Shown one piece after another: positions 26,246-38,112 of a stretch of 64,000 bases of DNA. The first letter of the stretch is position 1; each line of letters starts with the position of its first letter. A program made the translations under genes and the position numbers. The notes beneath the pieces are model-generated. The model worked only from the letters and a program-made list of their open reading frames with translations, did no database searches and was not told the origin of the DNA. The DNA lies in the NCBI RefSeq assembly GCF_004010195.1, contig NC_057721.1:24635821-24699820 (forward strand), in the 5' to 3' direction. This stretch comes from Chiloscyllium plagiosum (lineage: Eukaryota).

Positions 26246-26480
26246 CTCCATGTTTTTATGGGAGAATGTGAGGACTGCAGATGCTGGAGATCAGAACTGA
26301 AAATGTGTTGCTGGAAAAGCGCAGCAGGTCAGGCAGCATCCAAGGAACAGGAGAATCAACGTTTCGGGCATGAGCCCTTCTTCAGGAATCATGCCCGAAA
26401 CGTCGATTCTCCGGCTCCTTGGATGCTACCTGACCTGCTGCCCTTTTCCAGCAACACATTTTCAACTCCATGTTTTTATG
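26246..26480. mobile_element. Young fold-back mini-PLE (family P1), 205 bp, with a perfect 15-bp TSD
   Basis: ctccatgtttttatg at 26246-26260 and 26466-26480, with inverted arms around 26385. Confidence 0.9.
26352..26390 (-). ncRNA. Minimal hammerhead ribozyme motif with intact core, antisense to DMD
   Basis: Minus strand reads gauuc CUGAAGA A GGGC UCAU GCCC GAA ACGU U gauucuc. Stem I is weak. Confidence 0.65.
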
Positions 26481-27524
26481 TCCAGGAGCAGCAAATGAAA
26501 GGTTGAGAATCATTGTGTCTACAATCACATGTCCTCAAAGACTCAAAAAGGAACTGAAAGAAAATATCTCATCAATGTCTGTAATCCAGACCAGTGCCAA
26601 AACTGGGCTTCACTGTTGTTTTATTTGGTCTTTCCCTACCCATGTTTTATCTCATTTCTTTGTGTGTTTGTTTGTATGTGGATGGGGATTTTCTTTTTTA
26701 AAAAAGGATAAAATTTCACCTGTAGAGAATTATGGGTTTGTCATTCACGTTTCTTTTCTGCCATCAATTAAGAACAATGTTTTCCTGTTATATACAGAAA
26801 TCTGAGGGGTGTTTTCTTTTAATCTGAGTTTATCAGTCGAGGAAATTTTGGACATTGATTCAATCTTTTTAATCAACTCTAGGAATAGTGGGGCTTGGCT
26901 TCCAGAGCAGCTCCCCACTGCACCACCCCGCCCCCATCCTCACCAAGCCCACCATCCACCATAAACCATGACACCAGAAGCCCAGATACAAGATTAACTT
27001 CTATTAGTGTGAATTATGGTGGGAACCACTGCTTGAATGACACAAAACTTGGTAACAATAATATGTTGGGGTAGGTGGGCTCTCCCTTTCGCATTTGGAA
27101 CCAACCTTAAACTGTAGGTCAGCCAATTAAGACCAAGATAAGGAAAGGAAATCAGAGAGTTTTGGGTCTTTGCAATTCCCTTCCTCAAAAGTCAGTGGAT
27201 ACAGAATCTTGGTATCTTTTTAAGGCTTAGTTTTTAAGAATCTAAGGAGATGAAAGATTGTGGAGATTTCAGGAATGTAGAGTTCAGATTACAATCAGAT
27301 CAGCCAGTACTTTATTGAATGGTGGAGATTGCATTGATTCAGACTTTGCATCTGTTTTCATACTTGTGACAAATGAAATGTAGAAGACATAAGATTTACA
27401 AATACCTAAAGCATGCTGATTGTAATGGATTTCCTTGCACATTGGATGAATGTTTGCACCCTTGTAATAAAATTGTTCTTTGATGTAACCTTTTATTTTA
27501 ATTTTCTTACCCTTTTTCCTGCAG

Positions 27525-27736
27525 TTGAAAAAGTTCAAAATCAGTGGGATGAAGTGCAGAACAGGTTACAGTCCCGCACTCAACAGCTACAAGAAATGCT
27601 AAAGGATTCCAACCAGTGGCTTGAAGCCAAGCAAGAGGCAGAGGAACTTTTAGAGAAAATCAGAACCAAGCAAGCCTCCTGGAAGGAAGTTTCCTATACC
27701 ATGGACATACTAATGAAGCAGAATGCAGATGTTAAG
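27525..27736 (+). CDS. DMD: Dystrophin internal coding exon, orthologous to human DMD exon 53 (spectrin-repeat rod)
   Basis: Polypyrimidine tract and acceptor (cctttttcctgcag|TTGAAA), donor AAG|gtaaat, length 212 bp. Peptide EKVQNQWDEVQNRLQSRTQQLQEMLKDSNQWLEAKQEAEELLEKIRTKQASWKEVSYT...VK closely resembles human ERIQNQWDEVQEHLQNRRQQLNEMLKDSTQWLEAKEEAEQVL and is much closer to dystrophin than to utrophin. Confidence 0.96.
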
Positions 27737-28650
27737 GTAAATCAAATGGCTTTATAAATGTGGACAGCCTTTTTATTTAGGATAGATAAATCAACAGGAA
27801 ACAAAAATGTCTTTTCCCATTCCTCCCCCTTCCTCAATCGCAGCTTAAACTTTAAAGTGTTTTAATATAAAGCATATCACAAGAGCCTTATCAGTCAGCA
27901 TTTGATGCTGAGCTATTTAAGTTTGCAGTGCAGCTGTCCAAATGATTGGTTCAAGGTAGATTTTAAGGAAGGTAAATGAAATGGTTTTGGAAAGAAATCG
28001 TCAAGCTGAGGACCTTTGCAGCTGAAGGCGTGGAATGAAGGATGCAGAGGAGAGCAGAATTGGGTGAGTGTAGAGGGTTATAAATCTGGAGAAGGCTAAA
28101 GAGAGGGCTGATATTGTGGAGGGATTTACAAATCAGGATGAAAGTTTAAAGTTGGAAGTGTCATGTTAAAATGAATCGCTTTTGGGGTAGAGGTGATCTG
28201 TACAAGAAGGACGGATTACACCTAAATTGGAAGTGGACTGGCAGAGACATTTGCTGGAGCTGCTTGGTAGCACTTAAACTGGTAAGGTGGGATTGTGGGA
28301 TCCAGGGAGATAGTGAGGAAAGAGATCAATCTGAAACTGGTACAGTTGAGAACAGAAGTGAGTCAAACAGTCAGGGCAGGCAGGGACAAGGTAGGACTAA
28401 TAAATTAAACTGCATTTATTTCAATGCAAGGGGCCTAACGGGGAAGGCAGATGAACTCGGGGCATGGCTAGGAACATGGGACTAGGATATCATAGCAATT
28501 ACAGAAACATGGCTCAGGAATGGGCAGGGCTGGCAGCTTAATATTCCAGGATACAAATGCTACAGGGAGGATAGAAAGGGAGGCAAGAGAGGAGGGGGAG
28601 TGACGTTTTTGATAAGGGATAGCATTATAGCTCTGCTGAGGGAGGATATT

Positions 28651-29123
28651 CAATAGACAATAGACAATAGACAATAGGTGCAGGAGTAGGCCATTCTGCC
28701 CTTTGAGCTTGCACCACCATTCAATGTGATCATGGCTGATCATCCTTAATCAGTATCCTGTTCCTACCTTATCTCCATAACCCTTGATTTCACTATCCTT
28801 GAGAGGTCTATCCAACTCTTTCTTAAATGAATCCAGAGACGGGGCCTTCACTGCCCTCGGCAGCAGAGCATTCCACACAGCCACCACTCTCTGGGTGAAG
28901 AAGTTTCTCCTCATCTCTGTCCTAAATGGTCTACCCCNNNNNNNNNNNNNNNNNNNNNNNNNNNNNNNNNNNNNNNNNNNNGGAAACATGTTTCCTGCCT
29001 CCAGAGTGTCCAATCCTTTACTAATCTTATATGTCTCAATCAGATCCCCTCTCAGTCTTCTAAACCCAAGGGTATGCAAGCCCAGTCGCTCCAGTCTTTC
29101 AGCGTAAGGTAGTCCCGCCATTC
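28651..29123 (-). mobile_element. CR1 3' fragment nested in antisense inside the previous LINE
   Basis: Begins with a (caataga)x3-4 tail. ORF: LERLGLHTLGFRRLRGDLIETYKI...RNFFTQRVVAVWNAL. Confidence 0.88.
28938..28981. other. Assembly gap (44 N)
   Basis: Run of n characters. Confidence 0.99.
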
Positions 29124-32100
29124 CAGGGAAGTTATTTGGGTGGAACTGAGAAATAAGAAAGGGATGATCACCTTTTTGGGATTGTATTATAGACCCCCTA
29201 ATAGTCAGAGGGAAATTGAGAAACAAACTTGTAAGGAGATCTCAGCTATCTGTAAGAATAATAGGGTGGTTATGGTCAGGGATTATAGCTTTCCAAACAT
29301 AAACTGGGACTGCCATAGTGTTAAGGGTTTAGATAGAGAGAAATTTGTTAAGTGTGTACAAGAAAATTTTCTGATTCAGTATGTAGATGTATCTACTAGA
29401 GAAGGTGCAAAACTTGACCTACTCTTGGGAAATAAGGCAGGACAGGTGACTGAGGTGTCAGTGGGGAAGCACTTTGGGGCCAGCAACCATAATTCCATTA
29501 GATTTAAAATAGTGATAGAAAAGGATAGACCAGATTTAAAAGTTGAATTCTAAATTGGAAAAAGGCCAATTTTGACGGTATTAGGCAAGAATTTTCAAAA
29601 GCTGATTGGGGCAGAGTGAAAGGAAAGGTAGGTACAGGGAATGCTGGATGACTAAAGAAATTGAGGGTTTGGTTAAGAATAAGAAGGAAACATATGTAAT
29701 GTATAGACAGGATAGATCGAGTGAATCCTTAGAAGAGTATAAAGGCAGTAAGAGTATACTTAAGAGGGAAATCAGGGGAGCAAAAAGGGGACGTGAGATA
29801 GCTTTGCAAATAGAGTTGGGATTGTATTATAGAGCTTTGCAAATAGAGTTAAAGAATTAAGGAGAATCCAAAGGGTATTTACAAATACATTAAGGACAAA
29901 AGCGTAACTAGGGAGAGAATAGGGCTCCTCAAAGATCAGCAACAGAAAATAGGGGAGATGGTAAACGAGTATGTTGCATCAGTATTTACTGTGGAAAAGG
30001 ATATGGAAGATATAGACTGTAGGGTAATAGATAGTGACACCTTGCAAAATGTCCATATTACAGAGAAGGAAGTGCTAGATGTCTTGAAATGGGTAAAGAT
30101 GGTTAAATCCCCAGGATATGATCAGGTGTACCCTAGAACTCTGTGGGAAGCCAGAGAAGTGATTGCTGGGCCTCTTGCTGAGATATTTGTATCATCGATA
30201 GTCACAGGTGAGGTGCCAGAAGACTGGAGGTTGGCTAATGTGGTGCCACTGTTTAAGAAGTCTGTGACCAGTGAAGTGCCACAAGGATCAGTGCTGAGTC
30301 TATTACGTTTTGTCATTTACATAAATGATTTGGATGCAAGCATAAGAAGTATAGTTAGTAATTTTGCAAATGACACCAAAATTGGAGGTGTAATGGACAG
30401 CAAAGAAGGTTACCTCAGATTACAACAGGATCTTGACCAGATGGGCCAATGGGCCGAGAAGTGGCAGATGCAGTTTAATTCAGATAAATGCGAGGTGCTG
30501 CATTTTGGGAAAGCAAATCTTAGCAGGACGTAAACACTTAATGGTAAGGTCCGAGGGAGTGTTGCCGAACAAAGAGACCTTGGAGTGCCAGTTCATAGCT
30601 CCTTGAAAGTGGAGCCGCAGGTAGATCGGACAGTAAAGAAGGCGTTTGATATGCTTTCCTTTATTGGTCAGAGCATTGACTACAGAGTTGAGAGGTCATG
30701 TTGCGGATGTACAGGACATTGGTTAGGCCCCTGTTGGAATATTGCGTGCAATTCTGGTCTCCTTCCTAACGGAAAGATGTTGTGAAATTTGAAAAGCTTT
30801 ATAAGGATGTTGCCAAGGTTGGAGGATTTGAGATATAGGGAGATGCTGAACAGGCTGGGGCTGATTTCCCTGGACCGTTGGAGATTGAGTGGTGACCTTA
30901 CAGAGGTTTACAAAATCATGAGGGGAATGGATAGGATAATTAGACACAATCTTTTCCCTGGGGTCGGGGAGTCCAGAACTAGAGGGCATAGGTTTAGGGT
31001 TTGAGGGAAAAAATATAAAATAGACTTAAGGGGCACCCTTTTCACACAGAGGGTGGTACATGTATGGAATGAGCTGCCAGAGGAAGTGGTGGAGGCTGGT
31101 ACAATTGCAACATTTAAGAGGCATTTGAATGCGTATATGAATAGGAAGGGTTTGGAGGGATATGGGCCGGGTGCTGGCAGGTCGGACTAGATTGGGTTGG
31201 GATATCTGGTTGGCATGGATGGGTTGGACCGAAAGATCTGTTTCCATGCTGTACATCTCTATGACTCTATGACTATGAACATAATCTCTGAATATCTCAA
31301 TCATCAGGCAATGGAAACCAATGGGAGTTAAAACATAACAACATGTTCCTAATAATTTTATGGTTTTGTATTTACTACTGTTAAAATTGTAGTTGATGCT
31401 AAGTAGTCGAAGATCAAAGGGTATTTGTTAAGTCAAACATAAATAAGTAGTGAAGCTGCATTTGAATCTCATTATAGATTAGACAGAGCACTGTATGGAG
31501 GAAATGTTGATGCTTGAGCAACTTTTCATTCTGCCTTCTTGTTAATGTAGAGACCATTGCAGAACTAAATATCCTGATATTCGATTGAGTAATAAAACAG
31601 AAGTTTTAGGTTGGGTCTTTATCCACTCTATTAATTTAATAGAAAGGTTATATTGGGCTCAGGGCAATATTTTGTATTTATGTTGACCTTTCAGTTAACA
31701 TTTTTTTCTCATTTATTTATTCAAGACATTTCATGCAATGGTTGTTGGTTAATGTAATAACTATGGGAAAATATAATCATGAAGCATTATACTTTCTGTG
31801 GAACTGCTGTCACCAGTTTACCTTTTTGATAAAAGTTTCAAATGTTGAGAATGTTACACCCAATTTAAAAGTGAAATTAAGGTAATGAAGCACTTTGAAT
31901 GTGCATTTGATTATTCAGATGTAACATGATAATAAATGGGGCCTGAAAGTTAAAAAATTATGTGTCATTAGTGTAATTATGCAAATTCATTACATGAAGT
32001 CATGTAAGGAAGGAAATAATGTGCTTGTAATAGGCTAACCCATCAAACATTCATTACAACAGCCTGTTATTAATGCCTCAAACAACGACCTGTAGGAGGC

Positions 32101-33544
32101 AGTAAATTAGATGCCAGGTATGTAATCCAGGCGACACAAAATGACATGACTTTCAATTTAAAACAAATGCAATTACAAGTTTTTTCTTCATATACCTCTT
32201 CCAAAATAAATCAGGCACAATATTTTACTATGATTTGTAATGAGCTTCTTTTGAATGTTTAGCTTGTTTTTAGGGTTTCTTAACTAGGTGAATGCAATGC
32301 TAGAATGTCAAGGAGGAACAAACATAATCTTGCCTCCACCACCTGTCTCACACATTGAAGCCTGACAGGAAATTGTAATGTATGATAACAGGAAGGGTCT
32401 GTTCTTCTGAGAGACACTTCCACCTGCCAGGGTGGATAGATATTGCTGCAAACAAGCTATAATACTCAAAGTGCTGATGTGTCAAAAAGCTGCTAGGAAC
32501 CCACCAATTTCTGCATTTAACTGAAGAATTGTTTGTGAAATATGGAAAGACCAGTGAAACAGTGGATGTGCAATTAATGTGCTTAATTAAGTGGATTGTA
32601 ACCCTGGCTTCTGTCTCTACTTTCCACTGCCTGGGTTTCTTGAAAGACACCAGTTTGAGCAACATCAGAGGATATCAGGAATGGTTGGGGCTGAGCAATT
32701 GACAGAGTGGAAAATCTTCCAATACAAAGATCTCACGGCTGCTTCTTTGCCTAAGTGAAAAGTTTTTGTTCACAGGACTTGATCTGAGTGTGTGCCTTTT
32801 ACTGCTTTGGGTTAACTTCGAAGGATATTTCTGCAACCTTAAGTTCTCTAAGTTTGATGTACTCTTGATAGCAGCATGGCAGTTGCTATGATGGGGAGCA
32901 AGAAAAGCAGCAGCATTAATACCAGTAGTAGCAGGCGATGCCTTAACCACCTCCTGCTCCATGGGAGAGAAGGAATGAGCCCAGAGCTCCAGCTCTTAGG
33001 TGCCTGTACCCTGAGCTCTGAATATATACACAGAGGATAAGCTTTCTCAATGTAAATGAGTATCAGTGCCATGGGAGGGTTAGAATCTGATGATTACAGC
33101 CAATCTGGAGCAGACAACCACTCCCGAAGTGATTGTGGTTACCAGAGCCCTAAAATCTGCAGCTTCCTTCATGTCTGGGATTCCCTGGTGACATAAGTAG
33201 GATTTCTCAATGGAAGGTGACTAATGGCAGGTTTCCAGGGCTGCCACCTGCAGTCATTTTACAACTAATGGGTCCACTTAAAATGAAGAATCTCTCAGAC
33301 TTGCTGCTCAAACCAGATTCCCAAAGGTCCACTGAATCATAGATTGCTTACAAATGGCAAATAAGGCAGCCTCAAATGGACTAGCATTATTTAGCAACCA
33401 ATTTGGATCACACATCACTAATGTTCATCTTATATGCAACTGCTGAAAGTTTGTCCAACATGTCCTGCAAGCCACCATGATGCCTTTGTCCTGCACTAAT
33501 CAAGTGTACGACATTACTTGATACCGATGGCCTACCTTTGAAGA

Positions 33545-33760
33545 ACATGCTCGATGACAGCTCAAGGCTGAGGCGTCTTACCCTTGTTTTGCAAGAACTG
33601 AAGGCATGGAGTATTCATTGAGCAGGCATTTGGGATAGTAAAGATGAGATTCAGGAACCTGAATAGACCTGATACCCTTCACTATATGTACCAGCTTGGG
33701 CTTCCATGATTGTAGTGGCTAGCTGCGCCTTGGACAGTATTGCACAGCAGACAGGACTAA
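33545..33760 (+). mobile_element. PIF/Harbinger (HARBI1-like) transposase C-terminal fossil
   Basis: VFIEQAFGIVKMRFRNLNR..LHY, then a frameshift to SMIVVASCALDSIA. This matches the IE.AFG.LK.RFR.L and I.ACC.LHN motifs of DDE_Tnp_4 transposases. Confidence 0.7.
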
Positions 33761-34049
33761 GCTGCAGCAGGACTAGCAACAAGAGGCAGAGGTGGAGGAA
33801 TCCTGATATGACCAGACTACGGCAGCATTCATTTAGCTGACAGAGATGCACAGGACAGACTAATTCAGGCATGCTCAACTAATTTGAGGTAGCACAATCA
33901 ACTAGTCAGTCAATACTGAAACCATGTGGCACATCCTGCCTTCAGCATAAAGTAATCCCACAGTCAACAGGTCATCACATCACTCACACCTGATGGTCAT
34001 CTTTCCCTCTTATCATACTATTTACAGAGTAGAAAGTCACTTGACAGGA

Positions 34050-36418
34050 TGTATGTGGATGTACCTGCTAGAGAAGGTGCAAAACGTGACCTACTCTTCG
34101 GAAATATGGCAGGGCAGGTGACTGAGGTGTCAGTGGGGGAGCACTTTGGGGCTAGCAACCATAATTCTATTAGATTTAAAATCGTAATGGAAATGGATAG
34201 ATCTAAAAGTTGAAGTTCTAAATTGGAGAAAGGCCAATTTTGACGGTATCAGGCAAGAAATTTGGAAAGCTGGTTGGGGACAGATGTTCGCAGGTAAAGG
34301 GACGGCTGGAAAATGGGAAGCATTCAGAAATGAGATAATGAGAATCCGGGGCAAGTATATTCCTGTTACGGTGAAAGGAAAGGCTGGTGGGTATAGGGAA
34401 TGCTAGATGACTAAAGAAATTAAGGGTTTGGTTAAGAAAAAGAAGGAAGCATATGTAAAGAATAGACAGGATCGATCGAGTGAATCCTTAGAAGAGTATA
34501 AAGGAAGTAGGAGTATATTTAAGAGGGAAATCAGGATGGCAAAAAGGGGACAGGAGATAGCTTTGGCAAATAGAATTAAGGAGAATCCAAAGGGTTTTTA
34601 CAAATACATTAAGGACAAAAGGGTAACTAGGGAGAGAATAGAGCCCCTCAAAGATGAGCAAGGAGGCCTTTGTGTGGAGCCACAGAAAATGGAGGAGATA
34701 GTAAACAAGTATTTTGCATTAGTATTTACTGTGGAAAAGAATATGGAAGATATAGACTGTAGGCAACTAGATGGTGACATCTTGCAAAATGTCTATATTA
34801 CAGAGGAGGAAGTGCTGGATGTCTTGAAACAAGTAAAGGTGGATAAATCCCCAGGACCTGATCAGGTATACCCTAGAACTCTGTGGGAAGCTGGAGAAGT
34901 GATTGCTGAGCCTCTTGCTGAGATATTTTTATCATTGATCATCACAGGTGAGGTGCCGGAAGACTGGAGGTTGGCTAACATGGTTGCTCTGTTTAAGAAG
35001 GGTGACAAGGACAAGCCAGGGAACTATAGACTAGTGAGCCTGACGTCGGTGGTGAGCAAGTTGTTGGAGGGAATCCTGAGGGACAGGATGTACATGTATT
35101 TGGAAAGGCAAGGACTGATTAGGGATAGTCAACATGGCTTTGTGCGTGGCAAATCATGTCTCACAAACTTGATTGCGTTTTTTGAGGAAGTAACAACGAG
35201 GATTGATGAGGGCAGAGTAGTAGATGTGATCTATATGGATTTCAAGAAGGCGTTCGACAAGGTTCCCCATGGGAGACTGATTAACAAGGTTAGATCTTAC
35301 GGAATACAAGGAGAACTAGCCATTTGAATACAGAATTGGCACAAAGGTAAAAGACAGAGGGTGGTGGTGGAGGGTTTTTTTTCAGATTGGAGGCCTGTGA
35401 CCAGTGGAGTGCCACAAGGATCGGTGCTGGGTCCTCTACTTTTTGTCATTTACATAAATGATTTGGATGTGAGCATAAGAGGTACAGTTAGTAAGGTTGC
35501 AGATGACACCAAAATTGGAGGTGTAGTGGACAGTGAAGAGGATTACCTCAGATTACAGCAGGATCTTGACCAGATGGGCCAATGGGCCGAGAAGTAGCAA
35601 AGTAAGTTTAATTCAGATAAATGTGAGATGCTGCATTTTGGGAAAGCAAATCTTAGCAGGACGTAAACACTTAATGGTAAGGTCCTAGGGAGTGTTGCTG
35701 AACAAAGAGACCTTGGAGTGCAGGTTCATAGCTCCTTGAAAGTGGAGTCGCAGATAGATAGGATAGTGAAGAAGGCATTTGGTATGCTTTCCTTTATTGG
35801 TCAGAGTATTGAGTACAGGAGCTGGGAGGTCATGTTGCGGCTGTACAGGACATTGATTAAGCCACTGTTGGAATATTGCGTGCAATTCTGGTCTCCTTCC
35901 TAACGGAAAGATGTTGTGAAACTTGAAAGGGTTCAGAAAAGATTTACAAGGATGTTGCCAGCATTGGAGGATTTTAGCTATAGGGAGAGGCTGAACAGGC
36001 TGGGGCTGTTTTCCATCGGAGCATCGGAGGCTGAGGGGTGACCTTATAGAGATTTACAAAATTATGAGGGGCATGGATAGGATAAATAGACACAGTCTTT
36101 TCCCTGGGGTCGGGGAGTCCAGAACTAGAGGGCATAGTTTTAGGATGAGAGGGGAAAGGTATAAAACAGACCTACAGGGCAACTTTTTCACACAGAGGAT
36201 AGTACGTGTATAGAATGAGCTGCCAGAGGAAGTGGTGGAGGCTGGTACAATTGCAACATTTAAGAGGCATTTGGATGGGTACGTGAATAGGAAGGGTTTG
36301 GAGGGATATGGGCCGGGTGCTGGCAGGTGGGACTAGATTGGGTTAGGATATCTGGTCGACATGGACAGATTGGACTGAAGGGTCTGTTTCCATGCTGTAC
36401 ATCTCTATGACTTTATGA
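34050..36418 (+). mobile_element. CR1-clade LINE, 5'-truncated, disrupted ORF2
   Basis: ORF 34407-35327 (PGNYRLVSLTS, SQHGFVRGKSCLTNL, IYMDFKKAFDKVPH), then VPQGSVLGP..VADDTK, and a ctctatgact tail. Confidence 0.95.
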
Positions 36419-36709
36419 GGAAGCAGGTTACAATGGGGACAACAGGACTCCAGACCTTTGAAGTAAAGTTTCTGTTCCTAAATGTTGAACAGTGAAGTGG
36501 CAATGTAATAGTGTCAAACATCCATGTGATAACCTTGGTACAGCTATAAATTCTTTCTCTCCCTTTTCCGTTTATGCAAACCCTGTGGTTTCAGCAAAAC
36601 TAAAAGCAGGCTCTCATTCACCTGTTCTGACTGTCAGGATGCTAATGGCTGCTAACCTCTGGATTTTGGAGCCTGCGATGGTTCAGCCAAAGATTGCATC
36701 ACCAGCAGC

Positions 36710-37290
36710 AGAAGACATAGAAGCAGAAGTAGGTCATTTGGCCTATTAGCTCTGCTCTCGTATTCAATGAGATTGTGGCTGATCAGATCATGCTCAAGCC
36801 CACTTTCCTGCCTTTTCCCCATAACTGTTGATTCTCAATCAATTGGGCTCCCTTGACGTTGAATACACTTCGTGAACCAGCTTCTACAGCTGTCTGCAGT
36901 CAAGAATTTCACAGAGTCGCCACCTTTTGAGAGAAGAAGTTCTTCATCTCTGTCTTAACTGAGCAAAGCGTCCTCTCAGACAATGCCCTAATGGTCCTTG
37001 ACTCTCCCACAAGTGGAAATAATCTCCTTGAATTTACCATATCAAGTGACCTCAGAACATTATATGTTTTAATAAAGTCGACTTCCAGTCTCCGAAAGAT
37101 CCAACCTACTCAACCTCTCCTCCATACATAGGATCAGTCTCATGATCCTTCTCTGGATTGCGTCCAATGCTATTGTATCTTTCTTTAGAGAAAGGGAGTA
37201 AAGCTGTTCATAATATTCCACGTGTTGTCTGACTGGTACCTTGTACAGTTTTAGCAAGACTTCCGTATTTTGTACTCCATTCCCTTTGAG
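36710..37290 (-). mobile_element. Old CR1 LINE 3' fragment
   Basis: Minus ORF MLKLYKVPVRQHVEYY...LDAIQRRIMRLI. Confidence 0.75.
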
Positions 37291-37899
37291 ACACTTTAAG
37301 CCTCTTCCATTGTGTGCAACTCAGAATATTAAAATTCAGTTTAACTTCAAATGTTGGGAAAGTGGTTAGATATCATAATTGGGATAAAATTAACAGTCAC
37401 TTCAATAAATGTCAAGTAAATCAGTTTTAATTCTCTTAAGGTTTTGATGCTTAATGTGGCATTTGAAAGAGTTCAATATGACAAGTTTGTCAACAAAGCT
37501 GAAGCCTATTGCATAAAAGGCTGAGTGTTAGGAAACAGAAAACTATAGATGTTTTATGGGCTAGTGAATAGTATACAATAAGGTAAGCCACTGGTTAGTG
37601 TTAGGACCCTGGCCTTTCCTGATATATATGAATGACCTCAATGTGAGTGTCTGTGGCTCAATTTCAAAATCTGGGGATGACATAAGCCTTGGAAATATCA
37701 TGAAATGACACTTAACTGCCCACGCCCTTTTGTCACAGGCTGTGCTGTGTCCCACAGATGCTGACTGTCCCTATCCTGGTGAAAAGCATGCTTGCATGGA
37801 TACTGCTCTTTTGAAAGCGCAGGATGGTTTAGAGCAATTTGTGGTTTATTGAAAAAAATGGAGAAGCCAGTTGGGGTACAGCAAGATCCACAAGTCGTT

Positions 37900-38112
37900 T
37901 TCAGATAAATAACCAGATAGTTTTTGTAACGAGTTGGGTAAGGGCACAATATTCGCCAAAATTCCTGGCTCTTCTCCAATTCATTCAACAGGATTTTTAC
38001 ATCTACCTGAGGTGCCAGAAACATCATGAGTTTAACGTCTGGCCTGATAATTTTGACACCTTTGACAGTGTACAATTCCCTTAGTATTTCACTGCTTTGG
38101 TAGCCTCGATTA
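37900..38112 (-). mobile_element. Old Deu-type SINE fragment
   Basis: ggatttttacatctacctgag...tttaacgtc...cacctttgacagtgtacaattcccttagta is the reverse complement of the body seen near 1090-1305. Confidence 0.5.

Larger units (their letters stand above)
28170..31277 (+). mobile_element. CR1-clade LINE with the end of ORF1 (esterase-like) and internally deleted ORF2 (APE endonuclease, RT)
   Basis: FWGRGDLYKKDGLHLN (SGNH DxxH motif), LNCIYFNARGL, GLYYRPPN, LDLLL, ASNHNSIRF, VPQGSVL..YINDL..NFANDTK, and a ctatgactctatgact tail. Internal deletions near 29614 and 30260. Confidence 0.93.

Noticed and set aside
27413-27757. ORF-track 114-aa protein as a standalone gene
   Set aside because: Only 27525-27736 is exonic; the rest is intron read-through beyond canonical splice sites.
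34407-35327. 306-aa RT ORF as an active LINE or domesticated gene
   Set aside because: The element is 5'-truncated with multiple downstream stops and frameshifts.
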